Below are positions 10,101 to 20,434 of a stretch of DNA of 25,697 nt, one piece after another. The DNA comes from Saprolegnia diclina VS20 (lineage: Eukaryota), in the NCBI RefSeq assembly GCF_000281045.1, contig NW_008246112.1, forward strand, positions 387,436-413,132, read 5' to 3'. The notes under the pieces were generated by a model. The model was not told the origin of the DNA and searched no databases. It was given only the letters and a program-made list of their open reading frames with translations. Within the stretch, counting starts at the first letter, position 1, and every line of letters starts with the position of its first letter. The position numbers and the translations under genes were made by a program.

Positions 10101-13100
10101 GCCTTGGCCGTCGCCAGCTGGCCTTGGTACGTGGCGTGCCAGTGCGCCAAATCGGCTTCGTACTTTGCAGTAGTCTCGGCGAGACGCGCGCTCGCCGCCG
10201 CGCTCTGTGCCGCATGCAACTCGACCGCCGCGTTGTGCTTGGCGTCGGCGGCGGCGGTTGTCGCGGCGAGCTTGTCCTCCGCGGCCGTGATGGTCGCCGC
10301 TAGCTTGTCTTCGTACATTGACGTCGTCGATGCGAGCTGCTTCTCTGCCGTGGTCATGGCCGTACCCAGCGTCTCGGCCGCGACAGCTGTCGTCGTTGCG
10401 AGCGTCGCATCCGCAGCAGCGATCGTGGCCGCGAGCGTGGCCTCCGCCGTGGCCGTGGTCGTTGCCAACTGCTCTTGCAAGGTTGCCGTCGTCGTCGCAA
10501 AGGTCGCCTCGAGCGCCTCTTTCTCTGCCTTGACCGATGCCAACTCGGCGTCGTAGGACGCGGTGGTTTCTGCCATTGCCCGGCTATGGGCTTGGATCGT
10601 CGTCGCCAGTGTCGTCGCGGACGCAGCGATCGTTGCATCCAGCGTTGCTTCGGCATCGTCTGCCGCGGCGTCGAGCTGCTCCTTGTAACTCGCATGGCAC
10701 TCTGCCAAGTCTGTCTCGTATGTTTCTTGCTTGGCGTCGAGCTTGCCTTGGTACGTGGCATGCCAGTGCGCAAGCTCGCCTTGGTACGTCGCGTGCCAAT
10801 GTGTGAGCTGCGCCATGTACATCTCGTGGCAGTGGCCAATCTCGTCTTCGTGCTGCATGACGAGATGGCGCTGGCCGTCGCGCAAGGACGTGGCCTGACC
10901 TTCGTAGGTCTCTTTCATCGTTTTGAGGATCTCTGCGCTCTTGGCCTCGAGCGCGGCCAAAGCCTCGGCGTGCGCCGCCGTCGCGACGGCATACCGGTCG
11001 TTGGTCTCGGCCACGAGCGTCGTGTAGCGCCGGCGCCAGTCAGCTTCGCACGCGTTGAGCGCCGCGACAGAAGCCTTTTGGCGCTTGGCGAGGATATCAT
11101 CGTGCGAAGCCTGCAGCCCTTCGATTTCGGTTCGGTAGTTGCTGTGGCACTCGGCGAGCGCGGCTTCGTCCTTGGCGATGGTCGCTTGCAGCGTGGCGAG
11201 TGCCTCTTGCGTGGCCCGCTGATGGCCAGCCGCCTCTTCTTTGAGCATGGAAATTTGACTTGAAAAGCTTGTTGTGTCGGCTTCGAGCTTGGTGGCGAGC
11301 GCAGTGGCGGAAGCGATAGCTCTCTCGCATTCGTCGTGCTTGGACGCGAGCTGGGCGAGTAGGGATGCACTCGAGTCGGCGGCCGCTTGGCGCTCGGTTG
11401 CCAACTGCTGCGTGAGAACTGCAACATCGCTGCGCAAGCTTGCCTCCATCGTGGCGGCGGCCGCCGCACTCGCCGAGCGCTCCTACACAAAGTCAGCACT
11501 GACACTATCTTGGCCTGGTGGCATACCGCGATCCGGGCCGCGTCGAGCCGCTCGACGTCGAGGGCATATGACCGCTCGGTCGTACGCAATTTCTACCCGC
11601 TCTTTTTCGACACTTCTCCACATATGACGTTATGCGCACCTCGCGGTACTCGTTGTGGGCGCGGTCCAACTCGTCTTGGAGGACCTGGCGACGCTTGATG
11701 GCTTGCTCGGCGTTCATTTTGATTTGAATTTCGAGCAAGTGGATGCGCTCTTCATCCTGCTCGATCGTCTCGGCGCGCGCTCGCACGGTCTGCTCGTACG
11801 CAGACTTCATTTCGGCGTTGGCTTCCTCGACGTGGCGGAGCGCCGACTCGGCGTTTCGGAGCGCGGCTTCGACTTGGGCCTTCTCGCTGTCGACAGCCGC
11901 GATCCGGGCCGCCGCATCGGAGTTGGCGACTTGCAGTTGCGCGGCAAACGCGTCTTGAGCTTGTGTGGCCTGGAGCTCCAGCTGCGCGCGGTTGGCCGCA
12001 AACTCGGCCTCGCGCGCCTTGAGCTGGTCCGACGTTGCCGACGCGAGCGCCTCGGCCGCGCGCACTTGGGCTTCGAGATCGCGCGTCTTGCGTAGCCGGT
12101 CTTCACTCTCCAGCACTTTGGCCTCAAAGTCCATCTGAAGCGCATCAAAGCGCGCCGCCATCTCGTCGCTGCCCGCGCGCATGCCGGCCACGACGCCTGC
12201 GTGTACCTACCGCCATTGTTGAACACAAGCCATACGATCCAAATCCTACCGCCGTCGCACTGCGATTGGCCTCGATCTGCGCCGCGAGGTCCCGCGCATG
12301 CGTGTCACACGTCACCTTGAGCGTCACGAGCTCCGTGTCCTTGGTGGCGAGGAGTGCGTCTTGGACAAGGACGCGGTCGCGGCTGACGAGAATCTCCTTG
12401 TCCTGCCGTCCAATGACGTCCGTGAGTCCTTGAACTTTGGTCTGCAGCAGCTCAATGAGCGATCTAAAGTGAACGTTGTTAACGGATATCAAGCGAAAAG
12501 GTGCGGGAATGTACCGATTCTTCATGTGCTGGACTTCGCCGGCGCGCATTTGGCTCTCAAATACGCTCAGTTCGGCCGCTTGGCTGGCACACGTCGCCTC
12601 GAGCGACGCAATGTGGGCTTCCTGCGCGTCAATGGTTGCCGTGTCGGCCACGTGCGATAGTGTTTGAGCCACAAGCGCGTCTTCTTGACGTCGCAGTAGC
12701 TTGACTTGACTATCGACTGTCTCCTTGTGCATCTATACCACTAGTATTGGAAATGAGGTTTCCACCACTGTGATTACCTTGCATTTGGTGCGCGCGGCCG
12801 CGAGCTGCGCGTCCTGCGCTGTCTTGGCCGCTTCGAGCTTGACTTGCTGGCGCTTGTAGGTCGCGATCGACTTTTCAAGCACTTTGACTTGGTTGGTGAG
12901 CTGCTGCCGCGCGTCCGTCGCATTCTTGAGCTCTGCGCGGAGCTTGTCTTGCGTTCCGATATGACCCAGAACATCGTCTTTGTACTGCTTGATCATGGCT
13001 TTCTGCTCGGCCGTCCGCGACTCGAGTTGTCTACGAGCCAATCAACACACAAGGCATCGGAGGAGGCGTGTGGTACTGCATGTTGCTTTGCGCAAGCAAG

Positions 13101-14120
13101 AGCGCCGCGTCGAGCGACTCGAACCGCTTGGCTTGCGCGGCCAGAGTCGCGTTGTGCAGCTCGCACGTCTTTTGCGCCACTTCAAGCGCGCTGCGCGTGT
13201 GCTCCAAGTCGGACGTGCGCTTCTTGAGGCTCGTGGCAATCTCGTCGTTCAGGACGCGGGCTGAAATCAAACTGTCTTCCGTGTCGCCGAGCACTAGGCA
13301 GCAATTCTGTCGGGCCACGTATCGAAATATCAACTCGCACTTTTTTGGCACTCGCGCAGCTGGGCCTCGACCTTGTGCAAGGCCACCTCCCGCATTGCCA
13401 TGTCACGCGCATTAGCTTCGCCTTGATTCCGCAGTGCATCTTGGAGCTGTCCGCGCTCCTTCTCGAGGGCGACAACCTGCAGCTCCTTGGTCGCGGCGAT
13501 GATCTCGAGGTGCTTTTTCTCATTCTCGAGCTTGTCGACTTGAAGCGAGCTACGCATGTCGCGATATGAGATTTGATAATATTTCGAGATGCGTGGCAGT
13601 ACATTTCTCGCTTTTGCAGCGAGATTTCCTGCTCCATGTAGCCCATTTCTCCGCTAGAGTCGGGTGTTTGGCGCGTGTGGAGAGAGGTGACGTGGGCGAC
13701 GTACCTGATCTGCTTGTAGTACCCCTTGCGCTTGGCGTCGTTGCTGTAGATCATGTCGACATGGCTCTCGGCGTTGGCGGCAATCTGCTTGAGCTTTTCG
13801 ATCTCCAAGTCGAGCGCCGAGAGGTCGACGTCATACGCCGCGTTCGCGGGCGGCACAGCCCCAAACGCACTGTCGCTGGGCGGCCCGGTCTGCTCTTCGA
13901 GCTTCCGTGTGCGGATGCTGGGCGGGCGGCCACCCGAAGTCGGCGTCGTCGGGCTCACGGACGTGAGCATCGGCATCGTGCCCATGTCCATCTCGATCGG
14001 CTTGACGCCCTTGCCGCGGCGCGGCGACGCGTTCACGGGCGGCGGCTCGGATGGCGCGCCGTCGTAGTGGCTCGGTATCTTGGGCAAGTTGACAGCCCGC
14101 TTCTCGTTCACCTTCTTCAT
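1158..14120 (-). CDS. Giant coiled-coil protein of unknown function, 21 exons, ~3,995 aa. Exons: 14120-13705, 13653-13603, 13549-13341, 13293-13077, 13030-12778, 12732-12515, 12463-12250, 12206-11640, 11592-11527, 11482-4557, 4500-4427, 4363-4257, 4215-3922, 3878-3576, 3526-3245, 3187-2948, 2896-2660, 2614-2472, 2423-2288, 2240-1317, 1268-1158
   Basis: Twenty GT..AG introns of 41-63 nt link the separate minus-strand ORFs with matching phase at every junction. The exon total is 11,988 nt (divisible by 3), from ATG 14120 (MKKVNEKRAV) to TAG 1160-1158 (...DIDDQL*). The protein is Ala/Glu/Thr/Lys/Leu-rich and helical in character, with no signal peptide or motor domain seen. Confidence 0.8.
3345..4800 (-). 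repeat. Coding array of about 12-14 degenerate ~29-32-aa helical repeats in the giant protein (exons 10-15)
   Basis: Visible after splicing: TATLLDLVDEYEKLRVQVAATV / AKSILGLVQDFHKVRVTVTHTL / ADGIIKVVEESRKLRVDIAAIW / DVHITSALQEAYNFRNQVSTIL / HAQIMRLVQEYTQLKLDVATQL / AKDILHVVETHQTLRADVTKLW / PKEILGYIGDYRDLRARAATAL. Confidence 0.75.
5400..11100 (-). repeat. Coding tandem array of degenerate 33-bp / 11-aa (hendecad) repeats, consensus approx. Y-E-x-x-L-x-(E/D)-T-x-x-x
   Basis: Example run: YETQFHDTITR YEKQLDDTIGR YEKQLTETIGR YETMLSEAKHA HESEQTSTTSS YETQLSDTKAS YEATLHASTTE YEATLHATTTK YETMLAETIES YEAKLRDTISG. On the + strand 'tcgta' recurs at multiples of 33 nt. Boundaries are approximate. Confidence 0.9.
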
Positions 14121-15104
14121 CGCCGCCACCACGGGCGATCGGTTTCTCGGTGCCAAGCTGAAACTGGAGCTGGCCAGAAAGGCGTCCGTGCAACCGCAGC
14201 CGGTTGACGTATCCGGAAGGGCGCTATTTTCAGGCGTGCAACGACCCACTGCGTTGATTGAGGTGGTGCTTCATGGGTGCTCGTGGCACTTGAAGTAGGA
14301 AGCAGATTGGCGTCGCTGGTGATGGCTCGATTCCGGAAGGACGCAACACTCAATACGACTCGCCATACGTCAGCGGAAGGAAAGCGCGCTGTAGAACTCT
14401 CCTAGTCTCCGTGTTGACGAGCCACACTTGCGCCAAGAGCAAGTAGGACATCGACACCAGATGCTAGCATGGATATGTACGCTTTGGCATATCCGTCATG
14501 CAGTACCATGGCCGTGTCGAGTGCCTTCGATCAAGCGAGACGCCTGATTGGCGCTTCGATTTTTATGGGACCAATCACATTCAATGCCTATTCGGAACAC
14601 AGATCTTATGCTATTTGCCGATGCTTGCGGCGAGGTAGAGCTCGATGAGCACGTATGATACCTCCTTCAACCTCGGTGCTTTTGTCATTTCTCAATCTTC
14701 AATCGCATGCTCGTATACTGTGCGCCAGTCTACTGTTTGATGGGTCGTGGGTCGATGCCCTGTCCAATCGACAAACGTTCCTTTGTCGCCGAGCTTATAA
14801 TGTACTGTCATCTGCCAGAAATCTGCCAGAATATGCACACTCTAGACGCAAGTCTGTGCTGCTTGGGGCGTCCGCGCACATTTCCCTGTTTCCATCCGAC
14901 CCTCGTCGATCTGAAGATGCTATGAGGCAACGTCGACCCTAGCTCTCCGAGGTGGACACCACACAAAGAAATAGGTCTGCATCCGGAGGCCATCAAATAC
15001 GACAGCGCGTCTTGGCCTGTCTAGCGGCAAAATGCAGAAATAGCTGGCGTACGTTGCCTATAATTAGGTGGCGCGCGTCTGCCGTCGCCATTCTTCTTTG
15101 CGTC
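14121..15104. promoter_or_regulatory. Divergent promoter region between the giant coiled-coil gene and the ankyrin-like gene, with CCAAT boxes
   Basis: The ATGs at 14120 (-) and 15105 (+) are head-to-head. GATTGG at 14305-14310, an inverted pair TGATTGG (14545-14551) / CCAATCA (14571-14577), and an oomycete Inr/FPR-like GTCATTTCTCAATCTT at ~14684-14699. Confidence 0.45.
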
Positions 15105-16228
15105 ATGGCGGCGCACGTCGTGTGCTCGTCACAGGACCTCCTTCCGCTCATATTGCAGTACCAAGGCGGAGTCTTTGAAGACCTCTTGCCGTACTTTCAC
15201 GCGCGCTACTACCGCGGGTTTTACGCCAAAGACGGGGCCAAGAGCGCGCTGCACATGGCAATTGCGCGCAAGAAGCCAGAGATCGTCGCCCGCCTCTTTC
15301 GCTGCGTGCCCCATCTCTTCAACTCGGATGCGATGGACCTCGCGGCGTCGTTTGGCCACCTTGACGTTGTCCGCGTGCTCCACGACCTCGGCTGCTGCTG
15401 CACGACGTCGGCGATGGACGCGGCGGCGCAAGCCGGCTTCTTGGACGTCGTCGAGTTTCTGCATATTCATCGCACCGAAGGCTGCACAAGATTTGCGCTG
15501 AATACAGCGCTGCGCGACGGTCATTTGGAGATGGCAGCGTACTTGTTGAGACACCGCCACGAAGGGTACGTCGTCGTCTTTGTGTATTGCAGAGGGTTAT
15601 AACGGCGTGTAGCTGCAGCGCTGAGGCCATTGACCACGTGGCGTGGCATGGCCAGCTGCGCTTATTGCAGCTTCTGCACGAGCATGACGCTGTTGGCTTT
15701 TCGCACCGCACGATGGACTTCGCCGCCGGTGGTGGCCACTTGTCGGTGGTCGCCTTTTTACACGAGCACCGCGACGAAGGCTGCTCGGTTGACGCGATGA
15801 ACGACGCGGCGCGCCGCGGGTACCTCCCGGTCGTCGCCTTCTTGCACGAGATGCGCAGCGAGGGTTGCACGACGGACGCCATGGACGACGCCGCATCCAA
15901 CGGGCACCTCGACGTCGTTCGCTTTCTCCATTCGCATCGGGATGAAGGGTGCACCACCGATGCCATGGACCTCGCGTGCCGCCACGGATTCCTCGATGTC
16001 GTCGTCTTTTTGCACACGTACCGGCGAGAAGGCTGCACGGCCAACGCCCTGCTGGACGCCGTCGCCCATGGGCATACCGACGTAGTTGGCTACCTCTGCC
16101 AGCAGCGCGTGCCTCACTGCAACGTGCCGGCAGCCTTAGATCTCGCGAAAGACCGCGGTCTCCACGCAATGGTCGCATGCCTCTCGAGTCCGAAAACGGC
16201 GGTCGTCGCGGCCCGCGCCGCTTCGTGA
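15105..16228 (+). CDS. Ankyrin-like repeat protein (28-aa repeat type); 2 exons (15105-15565, 15613-16228), ~358 aa
   Basis: About 11 repeats of consensus EGCTTxAMDxAAxxGHLxVVxFLHxxRx. A 47-nt GTACG..GTAG intron (15566-15612) restores the EG|CS repeat in frame. N-terminal leader VVCSSQDLLPLILQYQGGVFEDLLPY. Confidence 0.9.
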
Positions 16229-16521
16229 CCAAGTGCTAACTCGCCATCTCGACGCCTGTCAAAGACAATAATGTATCAAATATTGTTCATTTGGTAGACA
16301 GGGTATACCAGAATGGAGGACAAGGGACCCCGGTACTACAGAGCTATTGTCGCATTAACCATTTGATGTGCATCTACTGGGAGCAAGATCAGTTTGTGTC
16401 GGTGTGCAGTCGCTACACGGATGCCGCCGTGACGATATCCCCATAATTAACACGATTTCAACGTCACAGTATTTTCCGTGCGTATCTTGGACAGGCACAT
16501 TCCGTGGATTAAGATCTGAGT

Positions 16522-17471
16522 ATGGAGCCGACGGACGATGCGGTCTACGCCTTTGAGGCGCTGCCGACCGCGCTGCCGCAATGGACATCTACCGACGTCA
16601 AGGCCAAGCTCATGCAATGGTACGAGACATACAGCAACGAACCGGCGAGCGTTCGCACGTAGGAACTTGGATGAACACGGCTGCGTCGGGCGCTTCCGGC
16701 CCAGCTGTCCCTTTGACCCAAGAGACGACGCGGCGTTCCTCCGCTGCTTCTTCGAAAGTCAAGTTGTACGCGACCATCTCTCTGTATGCAGGCGTTCGTT
16801 GTCCTTCGTTGTGTCACAAACCCCGTCGCCGTAGCTGCCCGCCTCGACACCCACGACCTTGGACGGTCTCTTGTTCGAGCGACTCGCTACGACCGTCACG
16901 AGCATGGCCTTTTTCGATAAGCTTGCGAACGAACCTGGTGCGAACGGGTATATTGACGTGGACTTCACGAGGCGCGATGCGTAGACCTGGTGTCCAGCGG
17001 CGGCTACCTGCGCAAGTGCTATGACGAGGTGTACGAGCACTGCACTGTGAGTGACGGCGTCCGCGAAATGATGGCCAACGGCGACTCGGAGCACGCGCAC
17101 TTGTTTACGGCGGCCGAGCAGCGCGAACTCATCTTCCAGGTTTGCGTTTGGCTGGCAACACTAGGAGCGCTGACCGGCACTAGATTTTCAAGCGTCTCGT
17201 CATCGGTGGCGCCATGTGCCAATCAGACGAGACGATTCAGCCGTACCTCGACATTACGAAAGCCATTTACAAGGCGCTCGCTGCGGTGCGCAAGGGGCCG
17301 CAGGGCGACGTGCACGTCTACTCACATGTCTACCTCTTCACGGACAAGAGCACTCGCAAGGGCGGGTCGCTCTTCCAAAAACTGTCGCCATTCAATGCGT
17401 GCTTTGTCGCGGTCGATCCCAAAAAGCAAGCGGTTCAGTGCTGGTACGTCCCCTACGTCCCCTTTTGGTGA
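16522..17471 (+). CDS. CFAP300: Cilia- and flagella-associated protein 300 (C11orf70 / dynein-arm assembly factor) homolog; 5 exons (16522-16619, 16663-16783, 16835-16937, 16985-17139, 17184-17471), ~254 aa
   Basis: The spliced translation contains KAKLMQWNL, FLRCFFESQVV, TVTSMAFFDKL, GYLRKCYDE...SDGVREM...DSEHAHLF...QRELIFQIFKRLVIGGAMCQSDETIQPYLDITKAIYKAL.AVRK and FVAVDPKKQ.V..WY, which I recognise as CFAP300 family motifs. Four GT..AG introns of 43-51 nt are phase-consistent. Confidence 0.88.
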
Positions 17472-17518
17472 TGGGCAAAAGCACAACTACAAATGAACTT
17501 GACAATCCAACTGGATGT

Positions 17519-19073
17519 CTATACTGTGCTTGTAATAAAATGCACGAAGTCGTCATACGACGTCATCGGCGCCGACGCAACGGGTGGCGCGTCCTTGCAG
17601 AAGCGTTGGACGAGTGGCAAGTGAGCCTTGTCGCCAAGCAGATCCCGCACGTTGGGGGCCTCCATATGGTCCACGTTCCAGGTGGCGAGCGCAGGGCCTG
17701 CCACGTCATGCGTGTCACGACCGACGTCGTCAAGCCTAGCGACACCGTTATCCGAGTAGAACGCAAAGCGATCTGTATACCACTGCAATACTCGGTGACA
17801 CGACGGGCACCGGGGCGAATAAAAAACAACAACGACACACTCTAGTGTGGAGAGCATCGTGGAGAGCATCGCCGCACTATCAATCTCGCGCCGGGCGACG
17901 AGGCGGCGGCGTACGACGGGTGCAGGTGGCGCCACGGCAGCTACAACGCATCCTTCCATAGGCCAAATCCAATAGATAAGCGTGCACCTTTCTGGTGGGC
18001 AAGCGCCGATGGCAGGTTCTTTTGCTGGAACCGAAGCACTCTGTCGCGAAAGGCCGTCGGTTCTTGCTCCAGTTGCGCAGCCAGCGCGGCACCTTGGCGA
18101 TCGAGGCTGCGAAACGTACTCGCATCGATGTACCACACGAGACCGGGGCGAGCAGAGACGCCAAAGTATCCGGCCAACGCGAGACTCTGATCCGTCACGA
18201 CAAGGTAACAGATCCGCTGCTGGCGCGACGCGACGAGGTGCAGCTGCAGCATCAACGCACTGTGCCACGAGGCGTCTTTGTCGGTAAAGATCAGCACGTA
18301 CGCCAGCGCACCAACCGGCAATGCGTCCGCCGGGTTGTACGACAGAAGCCACGGCGAGGTGGCCCCCGAGTAGAAGGCGAGGACGTCTGGGATCGACCAG
18401 GGTCCGAGGAAGGGGGTGGCCGGCACAATGGCCGTGGCATCGAGCCGCCAGAGTGCCGGGAGGGACCCCGGCTGCGGAATCACATCCGCCACCAGCGATG
18501 CGTTGCACGTGAGCGCAAAGCTGCCATCCACGCCGTTTGCCAAGGTCTCGATAAAGACGCGCGGAGGATCGTCCTCACACGCTGTGATCGCCAGCAGCAG
18601 CGTGGAGGGATTTCGCTGCAGCTTTGTCCACTCGTCTTGGGTGCGCACGAGCTGCAGAGGTGCGTCGTGCAGTAGCCAATGTTGCATCGCGATCGACGAC
18701 ACATCCCCAAAGTACTCGGTCGGCGGGGCGCTCCCGTTGTAGAGGACGAGCGTCGGGTACCCTGTTACGTGCAGCGCCGCTTTGTCGACGGCGACATCGA
18801 TGACGCCAAACGAAATGGCGGGAAGCACGTGGGCCGTCGCGGCAAACGCCTCGAGCTGGGCCCTGGCACTGGTATCCCACTACAGTGTGTTATTCGAATC
18901 TTGGTCGTGCTCAGAACGGCGCTAACGATAAGACGCACCGATGCGTAAGCGAGGAGGAAGAGTGGGTCGTGCGTTGCGAGCGTCGTGCTGAGGCTGCCGA
19001 CGCCCGTGAGATTCAGAAAGGCCATCGCACCCAGCGCGCGCAGGGCCACGATGAGCAGCAGCGGCAGCATCAT
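17519..19073 (-). CDS. Secretory-pathway protein disulfide isomerase / thioredoxin-fold multidomain protein; 3 exons (19073-18939, 18879-17988, 17940-17519), ~482 aa
   Basis: Signal-peptide-like MMLPLLLIVALRALGAMA. First Trx domain (FLLAYASWD...FGVIDV...VTGYPTLVLY...EYFG), central b/b'-like segments, and a last Trx-like domain VVVVFYSPRCPSC. Introns 18938-18880 and 17987-17941 are phase-consistent. Confidence 0.78.
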
Positions 19074-20434
19074 TCGACAGTGTCTCGTCCACGTCGTTTC
19101 GAAACGGAATGATAGGTCAACGTTGGATCTGGGCCGGATCACCGCCAAGCTTTCGCACCAAGTAGAAAGGTTCAAGTCCATTTGAGAGGCACTGAATGAA
19201 CGACCCGTACAAGCAAAGGCCATGACGCACTCATAAATGTGGCCTGTCCACGGTCAAGCGATGCGAATGGGCATTGGACGACCAACGTTGCTTGGCTTGT
19301 CGCGAAAACGGTTGCAAGAATGTAGTGGCCATCGGACGACGACGGTGCGCTAATGGGCGTAGCGCAAGCGTTGTTGGGTCCACACCTTGGTCACTTCAAC
19401 GTCCGTCTGACCCAGCTGCGGTAGTCTGCTGCTGAGCCAGGCATGGACCCGACGACGGCTACATGGCAGCTATCGAGAGAGGATCATCGAACCTGTCGCC
19501 ACCGAGACATGTTGCGCTCGAAAGGCGCCAATGTGTTTAGTAGCACCCGTCCAAGTACAAGTAAAAGTGTCGTCCTTATGAGCTTGTTTCCTGCTGCGGC
19601 TCGACGATGCTGGCGTCATGAGGGCCACCACGGTAGAGTAGGCCGTTTATGGCCAGGAGTGATTCTAATCTCAACGACGTCCCTGCATCTTGCACGCGGA
19701 CGGTCGCTGCAGAGTGGGCCGATGTGCACACTTGATTGGTAAAAAAGATCCAAAGATCGTGTTCGTGCAGGTGAAAATCACCGTGAGTGCCATCATAGGC
19801 ACTTGGGTTCAGTATGCGGCCGATCCGCGGGTCGCGTGTGAAATGCCCTTTTCACGCAACGGGGATTTCTCACCGACGTGGCCGCGCTCACAGCGCTCGC
19901 CACGTCCACTCATGCCTTGCTCCGCGCTTGTATCAGGTCTACCAGCAGGACGCTCCAGCAGGAGGCGACAGACGCGCACGGTCCCATTCAAGTGTCCACG
20001 AATAAGATGCGAGTGTTTGACAAGGGGACAAGGGTGTCGCACTCGACGTGTAGCAAGGTATAAAAGGGCCACGACACTCGTTCGTTCTCTTCCAACGCTA
20101 CCCTTCGAAACCGCTTGGCCGTTCGCGGCCCAAGATCCATCCTCGCCGACCAAACGACACGTGCAGAATGCTGCAGTGGCTGTCCATCGACCATCTCTCG
20201 GCGATTACTAGCATCATGCGCAGGAAGCAAGGTCGAGAGGAGGGCACCCAAGCGGCTCGGCGCAGTTGCGTCCGAGTAGCCACGCCGCCACGTCTGAGGC
20301 GGGCCCGCACTCGTCTCAAGAAGCCAGTGCCACGGATAGGCAGCCAATCACGAGGCGTCTTGAATAGTCCAGGGCGTATTACGGTGCAGCAGCTGGTTCC
20401 GTGTGACGCCGAGCGCGAGTCGCCAATTGCCATC

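Noticed and set aside
4490..11449. Treating the 2,319-aa ORF as a stand-alone gene (myosin, kinesin or phage tape-measure type)
   Set aside because: It has in-phase splice sites at both ends (acceptor 11483, donor 4556), its ORF tail reads into intron sequence, and there is no motor or P-loop domain or phage context.
1362..13227. Many long + strand ORFs (e.g. 1362-2675, 5336-6433, 7601-8395, 10475-11263) opposite the giant gene
   Set aside because: Arg/Gly/Leu/Val-rich antisense shadows expected from GC-rich codon bias; no recognisable motifs.
19200..20430. ORFs 19443-19742 and 19690-20211 and small hairpins near 19770-19805
   Set aside because: No recognisable protein motifs; the stems are short enough to arise by chance and do not fit a tRNA or snRNA pattern. 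Treated as divergent intergenic DNA.
20168..20434. Longer N-terminus for the HIT protein
   Set aside because: Arg-rich, atypical codon usage, and contains a CCAAT box; probably promoter/UTR, though not excluded.
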